Source of the DNA: Mobula hypostoma
Taxonomy: Eukaryota
Length of the DNA stretch: 64,000 nt
Direction: 5' to 3'
Assembly: GCF_963921235.1 (NCBI RefSeq)
Contig: NC_086097.1
Coordinates: 247,320,001-247,384,000 of the forward strand
Made by a program: the position numbers and the translations under genes. Each line of letters starts with the position of its first letter. Positions within the stretch are counted from its first letter, which is position 1. Positions 49,295 to 62,435 of this stretch are shown in pieces. The notes below the pieces were generated by a model. That model was given only the letters and a program-made list of their open reading frames with translations, made no database searches and was not told where the DNA came from.

Positions 49295-52027
49295 TCAATC
49301 AGGCTTTAGATGATCTGAGTAATGGGATCAACATGCACGAAACAACACACCCTAACACCTTCACTATTCGTTTTGGGGGATTTTAGTCTGCCAGTCTGAA
49401 AAATATCACCATTAACAGACCACTTGCAATACCAGAGGAAACAACACACTGAACTATTGCTACACCACCATCAAGAATGCCTACCATGCTATTCCACGCC
49501 CTCACTTCAGGAAGTCTGATCACCTGGCTGTATTTCTACCCCCTGAGTATAGGCAGAGACTGAAGACTGCAGCACCAGCAGTGAGGACCAAGAAGGTTTG
49601 GACAAGGGAAGCACAGGAGTGCCTCCAGGACTGCTTTGAATCGGTGGACTGGACTGTATTCAGGGATTCATCTTCGAATATGCTGCAGTTGTTACCGACT
49701 TCATTAAAACCTGTGTGAATGAGTATGTGCCTACAAAGACTTGCTGTACATTCCCAAGCCAAAAGCCATGGATGAACCAGGAGATATGTCACCTGCTGAA
49801 GGCTAGATCTGTGGCATTCAAGGCTGGCAACCCAGGTCTGTACCAGAAAACCAGGCATGACTTGTGGAGGGCTATTTCAAGGGCAAAGAGACAATTTTGA
49901 ATGAGGTGGGAGGTGACAACGGATGTATGACAACTCTGGCAGGCTCTGCAAGACATTACTTCCTACAAAACGAAACCCAATAGCATGAATGGCAGCGATG
50001 TTTCACTACCAAATGAACTCAATAAATAAATAAAATGAAATAAAATAAAACTAAATTAAAAAATGCCTGCTTTGAAAGGGAGAATATAACTACAGCTGTG
50101 AAGATCCCTACTGCACCTGGTGACCCTGTGATCTCTGTCTCGAAGGCCGATGTTAGGCTGTCTTTAAAGAGGGTGAACCCTCGCAAGGCGGAAGGTCCCC
50201 ATGGAGTACCTGGTAAGGCTCTGAAAACCTGTGCCATCCAATTGGCGGTAGTATTCAAGGACATTTTCAACCTCTCACTGTTACGAGCGGAAGTTCCCAC
50301 TTCCTTCAAAAAAGCACCAATTATACTAGCGCCTAAGAAGAATAATGTGAACTGCCTTAATGACTACTGCCCAGTAGCATTCACATCAACAGTGATGAAA
50401 TGCTTTGAGAGGTTGGTCATGACTAGACTGAACTCCTGCCGCAGCAAGGACCTGGACCCACTGCAATTTGCCTATCGCAACAGTAGGTCAAAGGCGGACG
50501 CAGTCTCCATGGCTCTTTACATGGCCTTAGACCACTTGGACAGTACAAATACCTATGTCAGGATGCTGTTCATTAACTATAGCTCAGCATTTAATACTAT
50601 CATTCCCACAATCCTTATTGATTGATTACAGAATCTGGGCCTCTGTACCTCCCTCTGCAATTAGATCCTTGACTTCCTAACCAGAAGACCACAATCTGTG
50701 TGGATTGGTGATAATATCTCCTCTTCGCTGATGATCAACACTGGTGCTCCTCAGGGGTGTGTGCTTAGCCCACTGCTCTACTCTCTCTATTAATAATAGG
50801 CATTCCTTAGTCTCATTAGACCATGGATTTGCACCTTGGAAGGTTTCCAGGGCACAGGCCTGGGCAAGGTTGTATGGAAGACCGGCAGTTGCCCATGCTG
50901 CAAGTCTCCCCTCTCCACGACTCCAATGTTGTCCAAGGGAAGGGCATTAGGACCCATACAGCTTGGCACTGGTGTCATCGCAGAGCAATGTGTGGTTACG
51001 TGCCTTGCTCAAGGACACAACACGCTGCCTCAGCTGAGGCTTGAACTAGTGACCTTCAGATCACTAGACCGACGCCTTAACCACTTGGTCACGCACCAAC
51101 ACACTATATACACATAGCTCAAATACAAATTTGCTGATGATACAACCATTGTTGGTAGAATCTCAGATGGAATGTACAGGAGTGAGATATACCAACTAGT
51201 GGAGTGGTGTCGCAGCAACAACCTGGCACTCAGCATCAGTAAGACGAAAGAGCTGATTGTGGACTTCAGGAAGGGTAAGATGAAGGAACACATACCAATC
51301 CTCATAGAGGGATCAGAAGTGGAGAGAGTGAAAAGCTTCAAGTTCCTGGGTGTCAAGATCTCTAAGGACCTAATCCCTAACCTGGTCCCAACATATCGAT
51401 GCAGCTATAAAGAAAGCAAGACAATGACTGTACTTCATTAGGAGTTTGAAGAGATTTGGTATGTCAACAAAAACACTCAAAAACTTCTATAGATACACCA
51501 TGGAGAGCATTCTGACAGGCTGCATCACTGGTGGCGGAGGCGGGGCGGGGGGGCTACTGCACAGGACCGAAAGAAGTGTACAGGGTTGTAAATCTAGTCA
51601 GCTCCATCTTGGGTACTAGCCTTCAAAGTACCCAGGACATCTTCAAGGAGCAGTGTCTCAGAAAGGCAGCGCCCATTATCAAGGACCTCCAGCACCCAGG
51701 GCATGCCCTTTTCTCACTGTTACCAACAGGTGGGAGGTATAGAAGCCTGAAGGCACACACTCAGCGATTCAGGAACAGCTTCTTCCCCTCTGTCATCCAA
51801 TTCCTAAATGGACATTGAACCCATGAACACTACCTCACTTTTAAAATATTTATTATTTCTGTTTTCGCACGATTTAAACTCTCCAATATACATACACTGT
51901 GATTTATTTACTTATTTATTTATTCATTCATTCATTCATTCTAGATTATGTATTGCATTGAACTGCGGCTGCTAAGTTAACAAATTTCACGGCACATGCC
52001 GGTGATAATAAACCTGATTCTGATTCT
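49295..52027 (+). mobile_element. Long degenerate Rex1/Babar LINE (APE remnant plus RT)
   Basis: [54 protein letters not shown]; ORFs 51172..51441 and 51531..51818. Confidence 0.9.
50791..51103 (-). mobile_element. Full-length tRNA/CORE-type SINE
   Basis: Head GTGACCAAGTGGTTAAGGC (A box) and AGTTCAAGCC (B box); CTAT on both sides. Confidence 0.8.
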
Positions 52028-52560
52028 TAAATATAGCACAGTGCCGCTGACACACCAAAACAAATTTCAGGACATATGTCAGTGATAATAAATGTGATGG
52101 TGATTCTGATATTCAGGGGCCTTTGGGATCTTAAATGACCTTTAACCTTTTTCCATTGACAAATCTTAGGTTGAACCAGTCCTCCTCATATCTCGATTCT
52201 ATCTAGTTTCATTTTGATCTCCATCCCCTCCCTATCATCTCGCACTAACTCCACCAATTCAGGTTGATGCACCTGCACTGGGGCCTTGTTGCTCTGTCAG
52301 AAGTTGGCCTTCCATTGGGAGCCAGTCACCCACAGGACGAAAATATCTGTTTTGGAGCACGCCACTGGGGAGATGGGTTGTTTACTGGTAAACAAAAAAT
52401 CTAGCCCATTTAATACTAGCGGCTACTTGCAAGCTTTAATCCTGAAGGCAGCGCTGATATTTTCACCCAACATGCAAAATGCTGGAGGAACTCAGCAGAT
52501 TGGGCAGCAGGAAGGGAATGGAGACTTGGTGTTTTGGGCTGAAACCCTTCAGAAAATGGG

Positions 52561-53072
52561 TGTAACAGTCCGGTTCTGTCCGCTGTGTAAGTCCAGGGAA
52601 GGCAGTCTCTGGCCCTGCCAAACAAGTGAGATTGAGATGCGAGTTCACCCCTGTTTGTGTGGATGCTGTGTGGTTTGTTACCCTGTTACAAATCTGTACA
52701 CAGAATAACAGACAGTACACCACATACTTTATAATTCTTAATTTGACGACAGGGTTAGTAAAGGAAAAGCAAAAAAAGAAAAGGGCCCATCTTAATGAAA
52801 CAGTCTGATGTGCACAAGTTGGAGTTCACAGTTTCCCCTTCCATCTCTCCAGCCTTCCTTGGGTCATGGCTCTGATCCGGCATCCTCTCTCTTCATCTCC
52901 CATCGGACAAAAGACCCAGATCACCCTGGTGTCAGGCCCATGGCACAAAAACACCCTGCCGTCATTGGACGGCTCACATTCCAAAGCACCTGTTATCTCT
53001 AATCATAACCTAAACATGGCTTCTTCAGAAAGACCATTACATTACCAGTGAAACCTTTCCCAGGGTGTTACA
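52561..53072 (-). mobile_element. Solo LTR (512 bp)
   Basis: TGTAACA...TGTTACA termini; 4-bp TSD TGGG; strand inferred. Confidence 0.88.
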
Positions 53073-53124
53073 TGGGGGAAAAAAATTGGGTTGAAGGGTT
53101 GAAGCAATAGCTGGCAGGTGGTAA

Positions 53125-55380
53125 GAACATAAGATATAGGAGCAGAATTAGGCCATTTCGTTTATTGAGCTTGCTCTGTCATTTCATCATGACTGATCCA
53201 ATTTTCCTCTCAGCCCCAATCTCCTGTCTTCTCCCCTCTTTACCCCTTCATGCCCAGACCAATCGTGAATCAACCTCTGCCTTAAATATACATGCAGAGT
53301 TCGTCTGCACAGCTGCCTGTGGCAACAAGTTCCGCAGATTCACCTTTCTAGGTAGATCTAGATGAGAGGGGAAAGGCTGGCAGGTGAGAGAGGGTGGGAA
53401 TGATGTAAGAATCTGGGAAGTGACTAGGGGCTGAAGAAGATGAAATCTAATCGTAAAGGAGAGTGGACCAGGGACTAAAGAAAGGAGATGAGGGGGGATC
53501 TGGAGGGTAGAATGTGTGGGTGATGGTATGATATTCACATCTGGGATGATATTCACTATGCCTTGGAATTTTTTAAACCCACAGCATAATAGGAGCTGTA
53601 TGGGTGGGAGGGTGGAATAAGCCTGTTCATATTTGTTATAGTTATACCCCTCAGAATTTTGTATACCTCTATCAAATCTGCCCTCATTCTTCAAAACTCC
53701 AGGGAATAAAGTCTCAACCGATTCAACCTTTCCCTGTAACTCAGGTCCCAGCAACATCCTTGTAAATTTTCTCAGCACTCTTTCAACCTTATTAACATCT
53801 TTCCCTGTAGGTAGGTGACCAGAACTGTATACAATGTTCCAAATTTGGCCTCAGCAAAGTCTTACAAAACTTCAGCATAACATCCCATAAGACTATAACA
53901 ACATAAGAGCAGAATTAGGCCATTTGACCCATTGAGTCTGCATTGCCATTCTGTCATGGCTGATTTATTATCCCTCTGACCCCCATTCTCCTGTCTTCTC
54001 TTTGCAGTCTTTGATGGCCTTACTAATCAAGAACCTATCAACCTCTACTTTAAATGTACCTAATATTGGAAGGGAGGAGAAGATGGCGGCGTGACGCAGT
54101 GCGTGCGGCCGCTCCGAATTGATATTGTATTTGTTAACTAGGGGCCGTGCACAATCCTGATTTGATGGAGACAGCCGTGTGAAGTGCAGGGGAACATCTG
54201 GAGTAACTTCTAAAATGCCTGCTTCGCTGCCGCTGCTACTGTGCGATCGAGAATCTCCGGAGACGAAGGCCCCAAATCCTCGGCTTTGCGTATTGCCTGT
54301 TGCCGGGGCCGGGGTCGAAGTGCTCAACAGAGATGGTGTTCGGTGCTCGGTGTTGGAGAGCTGGTCGGAGGCTCGAAGTTTTCAGACGGACTCAGAGTCG
54401 GACTGTGGTCGGGTGCTTCCAGGATGCTGCATCGGCAAGTTTGCGGCGCTGGAAGCTCAAGGCAGGGAGAGTTTCTCCCTTCAACCATCTGCGTGAGATG
54501 ATGGGACTTTCGAGAGACTTTGAGACTTTTTTTTTACCGTGCCCATGGTCTGTTCTTTATCAAGTTATGGTATTGCTTTGCACTGTTGTAACTATATGTT
54601 ATAATTATGTGTTTTTTGTCAGTTTTTTAGTCTTGGTTTGTCTTGTGTTTCTGTGATATCATTCTGGAGGAACAAATAGTATCATTTCTTAATGCATGCA
54701 TTACTAAATGACAATAAAAGAGGACTGCATGTCCTCATAATCTAATAATCTAATCTAACGGCCTCCCCTGCCATCTGTAGCAATGAATTCCACAGATTCA
54801 CCATCTTCATGCTAGTGAAATTCCTCCTCATCTCTATTCAAAAGGGACATGCTTTTGTTCTGAGGCTGTGCCCTCTAGCCTTAGACTCCCCCACTAATAT
54901 ACTCTCCACATCCAGTTTACTCTTGTCTTTCAATATTCAATAGTTTTCAATGAGATCCCCCCTCATTCTTTTAAATTCCAGTGCGTACAGACCCAGAACC
55001 ATCAAACGCTCCTTGTATGATAACCCTTTCATTCCTAGAATCATCCTTGTGAACCTCCTCTGGACCCTCTCCAATGCCAGCACATTTTTTCTTGGATGAG
55101 GAGCCCAAAACTATTTGCAGTACACAAGATAAGGCCTCACCAGTGCCTTATAAAACCTCAGCATCATATCCCTGCTCTTGTATTCTAGATCTCTTGAAAT
55201 GAATGCTAACATTGCATTTGCCTTCCTCAGCACCGACTCTACCAGCAAGTTAACCATTAGGGTGTTCTGCACATTTATTTCTTCTAACGAAGTGCATGAC
55301 CATGTATTTTCTAATATTGTATTTCATTTGCCACTCTCTTGCTTGTTCCCTTAATCTGTCTAAATTCTTCTGCAGCCTTT
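53125..55380 (-). mobile_element. Cluster of CR1 3' fragments
   Basis: Three CR1 3' segments (53125-53347, 53640-53885, 53886-55380); the first and last retain CATAAGA-type tails. Confidence 0.8.
54065..54757 (+). mobile_element. ~0.7-kb non-coding retroposon with GC-rich AAGATGGCG head
   Basis: GGAGGAGAAGATGGCGGCG head, AATAAA, (CTAATAAT)n tail; splits a CR1. Confidence 0.82.
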
Positions 55381-55828
55381 TTGCGGCAGCTGTACAGTTC
55401 AATACATAAAATTACTACAGTACTGTGCAAAGGTCTTAGGCTCACAAGCTATATATATGTGCCCAAGACTTTTGTATAGTACGGTACCTGTGACGACACT
55501 CACAAAGAATGTTGGATCGTATTCGCAGATCCCTCTGTTGTACTGCCACTCACAGTGTAAGTCCTATCCTGGTTTGTCCTCCAGTTACCTCACACTTGTC
55601 TGCACTAAATTCTATCTGTCATTTCTCAGCCCATTATTTCAGCTCTGAGAAACTCCAACTCGCTCATCCACCAATGTGTATCAGGCTCCCAATGCGTTAC
55701 GTTATCTCATCAAGCAGCATTGCCCAACCACGTAACCCCTACTGCAAAGGTAACAAGTAAGTCAGGCTGCTTAGTACATTAACAACGATAGGTTTCACTT
55801 CAAGTCACAGTTAATCCTTCCTTGGAAT

Positions 55829-56355
55829 ACACTCAGAGGCCACTTTATGAGATACACCTGTACACCTGCTCACTAATGCAAATATCTAATTAACCAGTCA
55901 TATGGCAGCAACTCAATGAATAAAAGCATCCCGACACGGTCAAGAGGTTGAGTTGTTGCTCAGACCAAAGATCAGAATGGGGAAGAAATGTGATCTAAGT
56001 GACTTTCACCACGGAATGATTATTGGTGCCAGAGAGGGTGGATTGAGTATCTCAGAAACTGCTGATCTCCTGGGATTTTCACACACAACTTTCTCAAGAA
56101 TTTACAGAGAACGATGCGAAAAACAAAACAAAAACATCCAGTGAGCGACAGTTCTGTGGGCGAAAAGTCCTTGTTAATGAGAGAGGTCAGAGGAGAATGG
56201 CCAGACTGGTTCAAGCTGACAGTACGGCAACAGTAACTCAAATAACTACGAGATACAACAGTGGTGTGCAGAAGAGCATCTCTGAATGCACAACATGTCG
56301 AACTTGAGGTGGTTGGCCTACAGAAGCAGAAGACCAAGAAGATACTCTCAGTGGT
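55829..56355 (+). mobile_element. Non-autonomous Tc1/mariner element
   Basis: TA-CACTCAGAGGCCACTTTAT TIR; MGKKCDLSDFHHGMIIGAREGGLSISETADLLGFSHTTFSRIYRE. Confidence 0.9.
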
Positions 56356-57490
56356 GATCTACACTGTGTTCCTTCCCCACCGAGGACTTGCAGTGTCTGC
56401 ACCGTTTCAGTTCGCCCCTCGGCAGGTAGTTCTGCAGCCTGGAATGTGCCAGTCGACAGCTTTCCTCCACGCACATCTCGATGTGCTGGCAGTCCAGCAA
56501 ATTTCAGGCAGCCCAAAGGGCGCCTCTCACTGAGCTGGCAATCTGCCAGCAGCACTTGATGTTCGTCTCAGTGTGTGTCCCTGTAAACAGCCCGTAGATC
56601 AGAGAGTCATCTGTCATGTTGCTCGTCACCTCTGGCTCCTTCTGTAACAAAATCACCTTTGGCTCACCACCTCTTTCTGAAAGGTAATTATGAGTGAATA
56701 CTAGAAACTAGCTTACTTATCCAAATCTCATAAATGACTACATTAAAATCTATGGTCACCAGAAACACCTGTTAGTAATCATTTTAAATATTGCTTGTTA
56801 ACATGGGGCATTGGAGTATTTGAATCAAAATTAAAATTAAATGTTCAAAGTAGATTTATTATCAAAATACGTAATGTGCATGTTACCATACACTACCCTG
56901 AGATTCATTTTCTTGGAGGCATCCACAGCAGAACAAAGAAATACAATAGAATCAATGAAAAACTACACACAAAGACTGACAAGACACCAATACGCAAAAA
57001 AAGGCAAACTGTGCAAATACAAAAATAAATAAACAAACAAACTACTAAGGACATGAGTTGTGGAGTCCTCGAAAGTGAGTCTGTAGCTTGTGGACTCAGT
57101 TCATTAAGTTATCTACGCTGGCTCGGGAGCCTGGTGGTTGAAGGGTAACAACTGTTCCTGAACCTGCTGGTGCGGGACTTAAGATCCCTCTATGACCTTC
57201 CTGATGTAGCAAAGAGAAGAGAGCATTGCTTTTCAAATCCCGTGAGCGGTGGGTGCCTGGAACAGCTGCCAGGGGTGGAGATGGAGGCAAGTACAATGGA
57301 GGTGTTCAAGACACTCTTAGATGGGAACAGGAATGTGTAGAGAAAGGAGGAATGTGGACATTATTTAGGCAGAAGCAATTAGTTCAAACTGGACATTTGA
57401 TTACTGATTTAAATAACTTGCACAACACGATGGGCTGAAGGGCTTGTTCCTGTGCTATACTGGTCTACGTTCACTTTATATTTTATACTT

Positions 57491-58457
57491 CCGGGAAGAT
57501 GGCGATGAGCTCGGACGCAGCAACTTCTACAGGGTCAGCCAGAGGCGCTATTGTCTTTTTTACAATCACAAGACCTTGCCAGAGATTGATGCCTTAAATC
57601 ACTGCAGGTCAATCCGTCGGCGAGTTGCTCGTTGTCAGGGAAACTGAAGGTGCTGGACCTGCTACGGACCGAGATGCTGCCTGCATCAGAGCGCGAACGC
57701 GGCGTGCAATCTAACAGCGAGAGATTGCCTTAGTCGCTTCTCTTGTGATCGCAGGACCCTGTTGGGCACTGGTAGTGTGAAATGCTACAAGCCCAATTCA
57801 ATGGTTTATTGGTGAACAGTGGGGGAGCTGCACGGCCTCGGTCGTAGCAAGGACTAGGTCTCAAGCTGCGGCGTTGCCTGTTTGCCGCTGCGCAGGCGGA
57901 GGTGGCAGAGTTGGGTGCTCTACCTGAGTATCAGAGGCAGTGTAGCGCAGCGTCCACACTGGACTTGGTGTTCGGTTGGCAGAAGACAAGCTGTATCGTG
58001 TTCAACTGCCGACTGCTGCAACGTTCGTGGACTCAGGGAGACTATATTTTTTGTGTGGGACTGTATTTTACCGATATTGCACGTGTGCTATGTGTGCCTT
58101 GTGCTGTGTATGAGCATTGGTAATTGTGTTTTGCACCTTGAAATTTAAGAATTGTGGACAATCTTCAAGAGATTTTCTTGGAAAAATGAAATTGAGAACG
58201 GCTTGTTAAATTCCACCTTGCACAGGACTGTTGCTGTCGGCCATGAGTTCAGCTGAACAGGGTCCGTCCCCCCCTGGACTTCATGCCTGGAAGTTGCCTT
58301 CATATTTTATTGTCCAATCTGCCCAGGATATTTTGGCTGAGGTGCTGATATGAAATAGACTTCCCTTTCATAACAGGGTTGCAGAGAATACAGCCCAGTT
58401 ACACTGTATTCATGGGTGGTCTTCTTGTATACTTGAATGACAATTAAACTTGAACTA
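57491..58457 (+). mobile_element. GC-rich non-coding retroposon (AAGATGGCG head) interrupted by an inverted duplication
   Basis: Head GGGAAGATGGCG; tail GAATGACAATTAAACTTGAACT resumes after 58401. Confidence 0.6.
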
Positions 58458-59011
58458 TTTTATTGAGCAATACAGCATGGCAACAGGCCTTTCCAGGCCC
58501 CGCACCACCCAATTACACCCATAAACCAATTAGCCTATCAACCAGTTCGTTGTTGGACAGTGGGAGGAAACCAGAGCATCCGGAGGAAACCCACGCAGTC
58601 ATGGGGGAGAACGTGAAAACTCCCTTCAGGCAGTGAACACAGGTCAATGCAGGTGTAATAGCGTTATGCAAACTTGCTGTGCACCACTTCTTGAAGTACC
58701 CTTATTTTTCCCTGCTGCTCTAAACGCTAAATAGTGAAAGATCTGCAGAGAATAACTGGGCGGTATTCTCTGCAACTCTGTTATGAAAGGGAAGTCTGTT
58801 TAATATCAGCACCTCAGCCAAAATATCCTGGGCAGATTGGACAATAAAATATGAAGGCAACTTCCAGGCATGAAGTCTGGGCGGGGGGGCCTTGTGCAGC
58901 TGAACTCATGGCCGACAGCAACAGTCCTGTGCAAGGTGGGATTTAACAAGCTGTTCTCAATTTCATTTCTCCAAGAAAATCTGACAGATTGTCCACAATT
59001 CCGAAATTTCA
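58139..59011. repeat. High-identity inverted repeat (arms 58139-58401 and 58753-59011)
   Basis: ~260-bp arms with a 75-bp perfectly complementary run (GACTTCATGCC...GCTGATAT). Confidence 0.95.
58458..58690 (-). mobile_element. V-SINE in the spacer of the inverted repeat
   Basis: GTGGGAGGAAACCAGAGCATCCGGAGGAAACCCACGC is the reverse-complement V-core. Confidence 0.8.
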
Positions 59012-59119
59012 GTGCTTTCATTTTTGATACATTTGGACTAGATGTAATAATCCTATAAATTACCATCCATTTTTACAAGGAGCATTCAATGTTATTGCAC
59101 TAAACTAATAATTTCACAG

Positions 59120-59200
59120 CGGGTAGTGAATAAGATACGAGGACGGCTGCAGGAGGATACTCAGGTATTCAGGCACGTGTTTCAGAATATCAATTTCAGG
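59120..59200 (+). other. Candidate 81-nt internal exon of an unidentified gene
   Basis: CTAAT branch-like motif plus TTTCACAG acceptor; CAGG|GTAAGA donor; only frame 0 open (RVVNKIRGRLQEDTQVFRHVFQNINFR); protein not recognised. Confidence 0.35.
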
Positions 59201-59334
59201 GTAAGATGACTCGCGTGTTATGTTTTCTAATGTTACTCATTTCCTATGAAGACCATCAAAAAACCAATTCCTATATTATCATCATTTGGAATTCAAATTG
59301 AGTGCTTTCTGTTTTACTGATTATTGCTGAGAAA

Positions 59335-59576
59335 TGTGATGCTTTTACAGCTCAGGGGTGTCGGAATTCAGAGTTTAATTCCGATGTCGTCCGTAAGGAG
59401 TCTGTATGTCCTCACCATGGCCGTGTGTGTTTGCTCTGAGTGCCCTGGTTTCCTCCCACAGTTCAAAGACGTACCGGTTGGTCACTGTGAACTGCCCCGT
59501 GATTAGGCTAGGATTAAATCAGGGGTTGTAGGGCAGTGCGGCTCGAAGGGCTAAAAGGGCTATAAATAAATAAAAT
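59335..59576 (+). mobile_element. V-SINE
   Basis: GCTTTTACAG head remnant, GGTTTCCTCCCACAGTTCAAAGACGTACC, (TAAA)n tail. Confidence 0.78.
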
Positions 59577-59681
59577 ATTCTAAACGTTCCTTTGTTTTAC
59601 TGAATCTGACTGACTCGTCGGAATCTTCACTCATATTTTATAAATATATATAAAAATGTTAATGCCATTGATGGGAAATAA

Positions 59682-60535
59682 ACACATAAGTCCATAAACA
59701 TAGGAGCAGAATTAGGCTATTTGGTTCAACAAGTCTGTTCTTCCATTCCATCGTGGCTGATTTATTATCCCTCTCAACCCCATTCTCCCCATAACCTTTG
59801 ATGCCCTGACTAATTAGGGAACCTAGCAAACTTGGCTTTAAATATAGCCAATGACTTGACCTCCACAGCAATCTAAAGAAATTCCTCCTCATCTCTGTTC
59901 ATCACTGCAATCTGAGGCTGTGCCCTCTGGTCCTACACTCCCCCATGATAGGAAAGCACCTTCTCCACTTTCTCTCTGTCTAGGCCCTTCAATATTCGAT
60001 ATGATTCAATGAGGTCTACACCACCCTCTCACCTCTCATTCTTCTAAACTCCAGCTAATACAGGCCCACAGCCTCAAATACTCCTCATACGTTAACCGTT
60101 TCATTCCTGGAATCATTCCTGTGAGTCTCCTCTGGACCCTCTCCAATGCCAGCACGTCTTTTCTTAGATATGGGGCTCAAGATTCCTCACAATACTCCAA
60201 GTGTGGTCTGAACAATGCCTTATAAAGCCTCAGAGACGTGGCGACAGACGGTTGGTGTTCCTTCTTCCCAACCATCTCCAGGGCTTCAAATGCAATGACA
60301 AAGCAGAAGAATGAAATATAGAAACATAGAACATAGAAAACCTTCAGCACAGTACAGGCCCTTCGGCCCACAAAGCTGTGCTGAACATGTCCTTAACTTA
60401 GAATTACCTAGGCTTTACCCATAGCCCTCTATTTTTCTAAGCTGCATGTATCCATCCAGGAGTCTCTTAAAAGAGCCTATTGTTTCCGCCTCCACCGCCG
60501 CCACCGGCAGCCCATTCCACGTACTCACTACGCGC
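59682..60535 (-). mobile_element. Two CR1 3' fragments
   Basis: LRLYKALFRPHLEYC; CATAGAAA tails. Confidence 0.8.
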
Positions 60536-61494
60536 CCTTTACAAATTGGTAAATTGTTTTATTGTTCTCACATGTCCTGAGGTACAGTGAAAAACTCGTC
60601 TTGCATACTGTTTGTACAGAACAATTAATTTCAATGGCGCAGTACAAAGTAAAACAATAACAGAATGCAGAACAGTGCAAGGCCATTCAGCCCATCTAGT
60701 CTGCTCTGCCATTCCATCACAGATGATCCCGGATCCCACTCAACCCCATATGCCTGCCTTCGTTTGAGGCTTTTGTTTCTTTTGGCTGATGGGAGAAGGG
60801 AGCAGAGAGAATGTCCCAGGTTGGAGGGGTTTTTGATGATGTTGGCTGCTTTTCTAAGGCAGTGAGAAGTACAGACAGAGTGCGTGGAGGGGTGGCTGCT
60901 TTCCAAGATGCACAGAACTGTGTTCTCCACTCTTTGCAGATTCTCGCGGTTATGGGCAGAGCATGATGTGTCTGGATAGGCTGCTGTCTATGGAGCATTG
61001 ATAAAAATTTTTAAAGGGCCCCAGTGGGGACATTACATATTTGATCAGCCTTTCAAGAAAGTTGAGAACATTAAATTTATAAATGTTCATCATCAAGGTC
61101 TGATGTGCAAAGAAGTCAAAGGCAAACATGCTTTGTCCATTAACACCCCTCAGTTATATAACTCAGCTGCTCCTGATGGAAATGATGCGACAGTATGTAA
61201 GATAGCTAGCACTAGAGTATTCGAACATACTGTGTTTCAGGTGAATCTTGTGACGAGCTGCAGCCGTGAAATAATTGCACAAAGACAGTGTTGTAATGGG
61301 GCAAAGGAAGACAACAGTCTTCAAAATAGCCAAGCGGAATCAGAATCAGGTTTATTACCGTTGACATGCAGTATGTTGCAAAATTTGCTGTTTTGTGGCA
61401 GCAGTACAGAGTGATACATAAAAAATGACCATAAATTACTAAAACAAATAAATATTGCAAAATAAGAATAGCAAGAAATTGTAATGATGGTAGT

Positions 61495-61746
61495 TGTTAT
61501 GTTTTTGTTACTTCAAAACACTAAACTAATTCAAAGGAAGACATGGGTGTCCGAAAATGCAGGTCTAACTTCGTGTTTACTTAAGTGAGGTGTGCACGTA
61601 TCATGTGGTTGTGTGATGATGTATGCAATTCACATACTTATACAGATAACCTGCAGTGAATTATTCAAATGAACAAGAGTGCTTAACCAAACTATATATA
61701 TAGTACAATATTACTCAAATATTATTGAAATATTAAATACATGACA
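61495..61746 (-). mobile_element. Short solo LTR (252 bp)
   Basis: TGTTATGT...ACATGACA termini; TSD GTAGT/ATAGT; homologue of 18723-18928. Confidence 0.75.
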
Positions 61747-62435
61747 ATAGTAATGAGATTCAGATTGGGATGTAAATTTATTTATCACATGCGGTGATAT
61801 CCGCTGTTTGTGTTAACGACCAACCCATCTAAGGACCTGCTGGGGGCAACCAGTGCCAACATAGCGTGCCCATAATGTTCTGCAGACCACACCACAAGAT
61901 AACAACAGCCAAACAAATCCCTCTCCTGTCCCTCTCCCCCTCTCGCCCACTCCTACATGAAGACAGATCCCTAACCCCAGGTCAGGCCACCTGCCTCCGG
62001 AATTCCAGTCCTTGTCCCCGGATTATCAAAACCCATAGACATCAGGCCTCCGACTTTGCATCTTCTCCCCCAGGGCACTGATCATGTTTGGGCATGTCCG
62101 GATTGGTGAGGATCCTTAATGGTGGATGCCACCCTCCTTAATGGGTAGGAGCCAGCCGTGGCTTTATAACTCTGCTTTGAATCAGGGTTTGTGTTATGTT
62201 ATTGTTGAATCTGAAATGTTAGAAGATTGCAGGTGAATTATTCATCTTTTCTGAGACCAGTGATCTTCTTCACAGATCCTCTCAGCTGGAGACGATTCCA
62301 ATCTGCCAGATTTAAACCAGTGCCCTGTTTGTGCCATCTACTGGGTCATTATTCTTCTACATCATCATCATTATGTGCCCTGTCATATGGCATGGGTGAT
62401 CATGGTCTATCCATAAACATGATTGTACTTGGTCA

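Noticed and set aside
51030..51100. tRNA gene
   Set aside because: A and B boxes are present, but it is the head of a SINE with a body and tail copied at 28620-28876.
60998..61414. 138-aa ORF
   Set aside because: Non-ATG start, runs into a retroposon tail, no recognisable domain.
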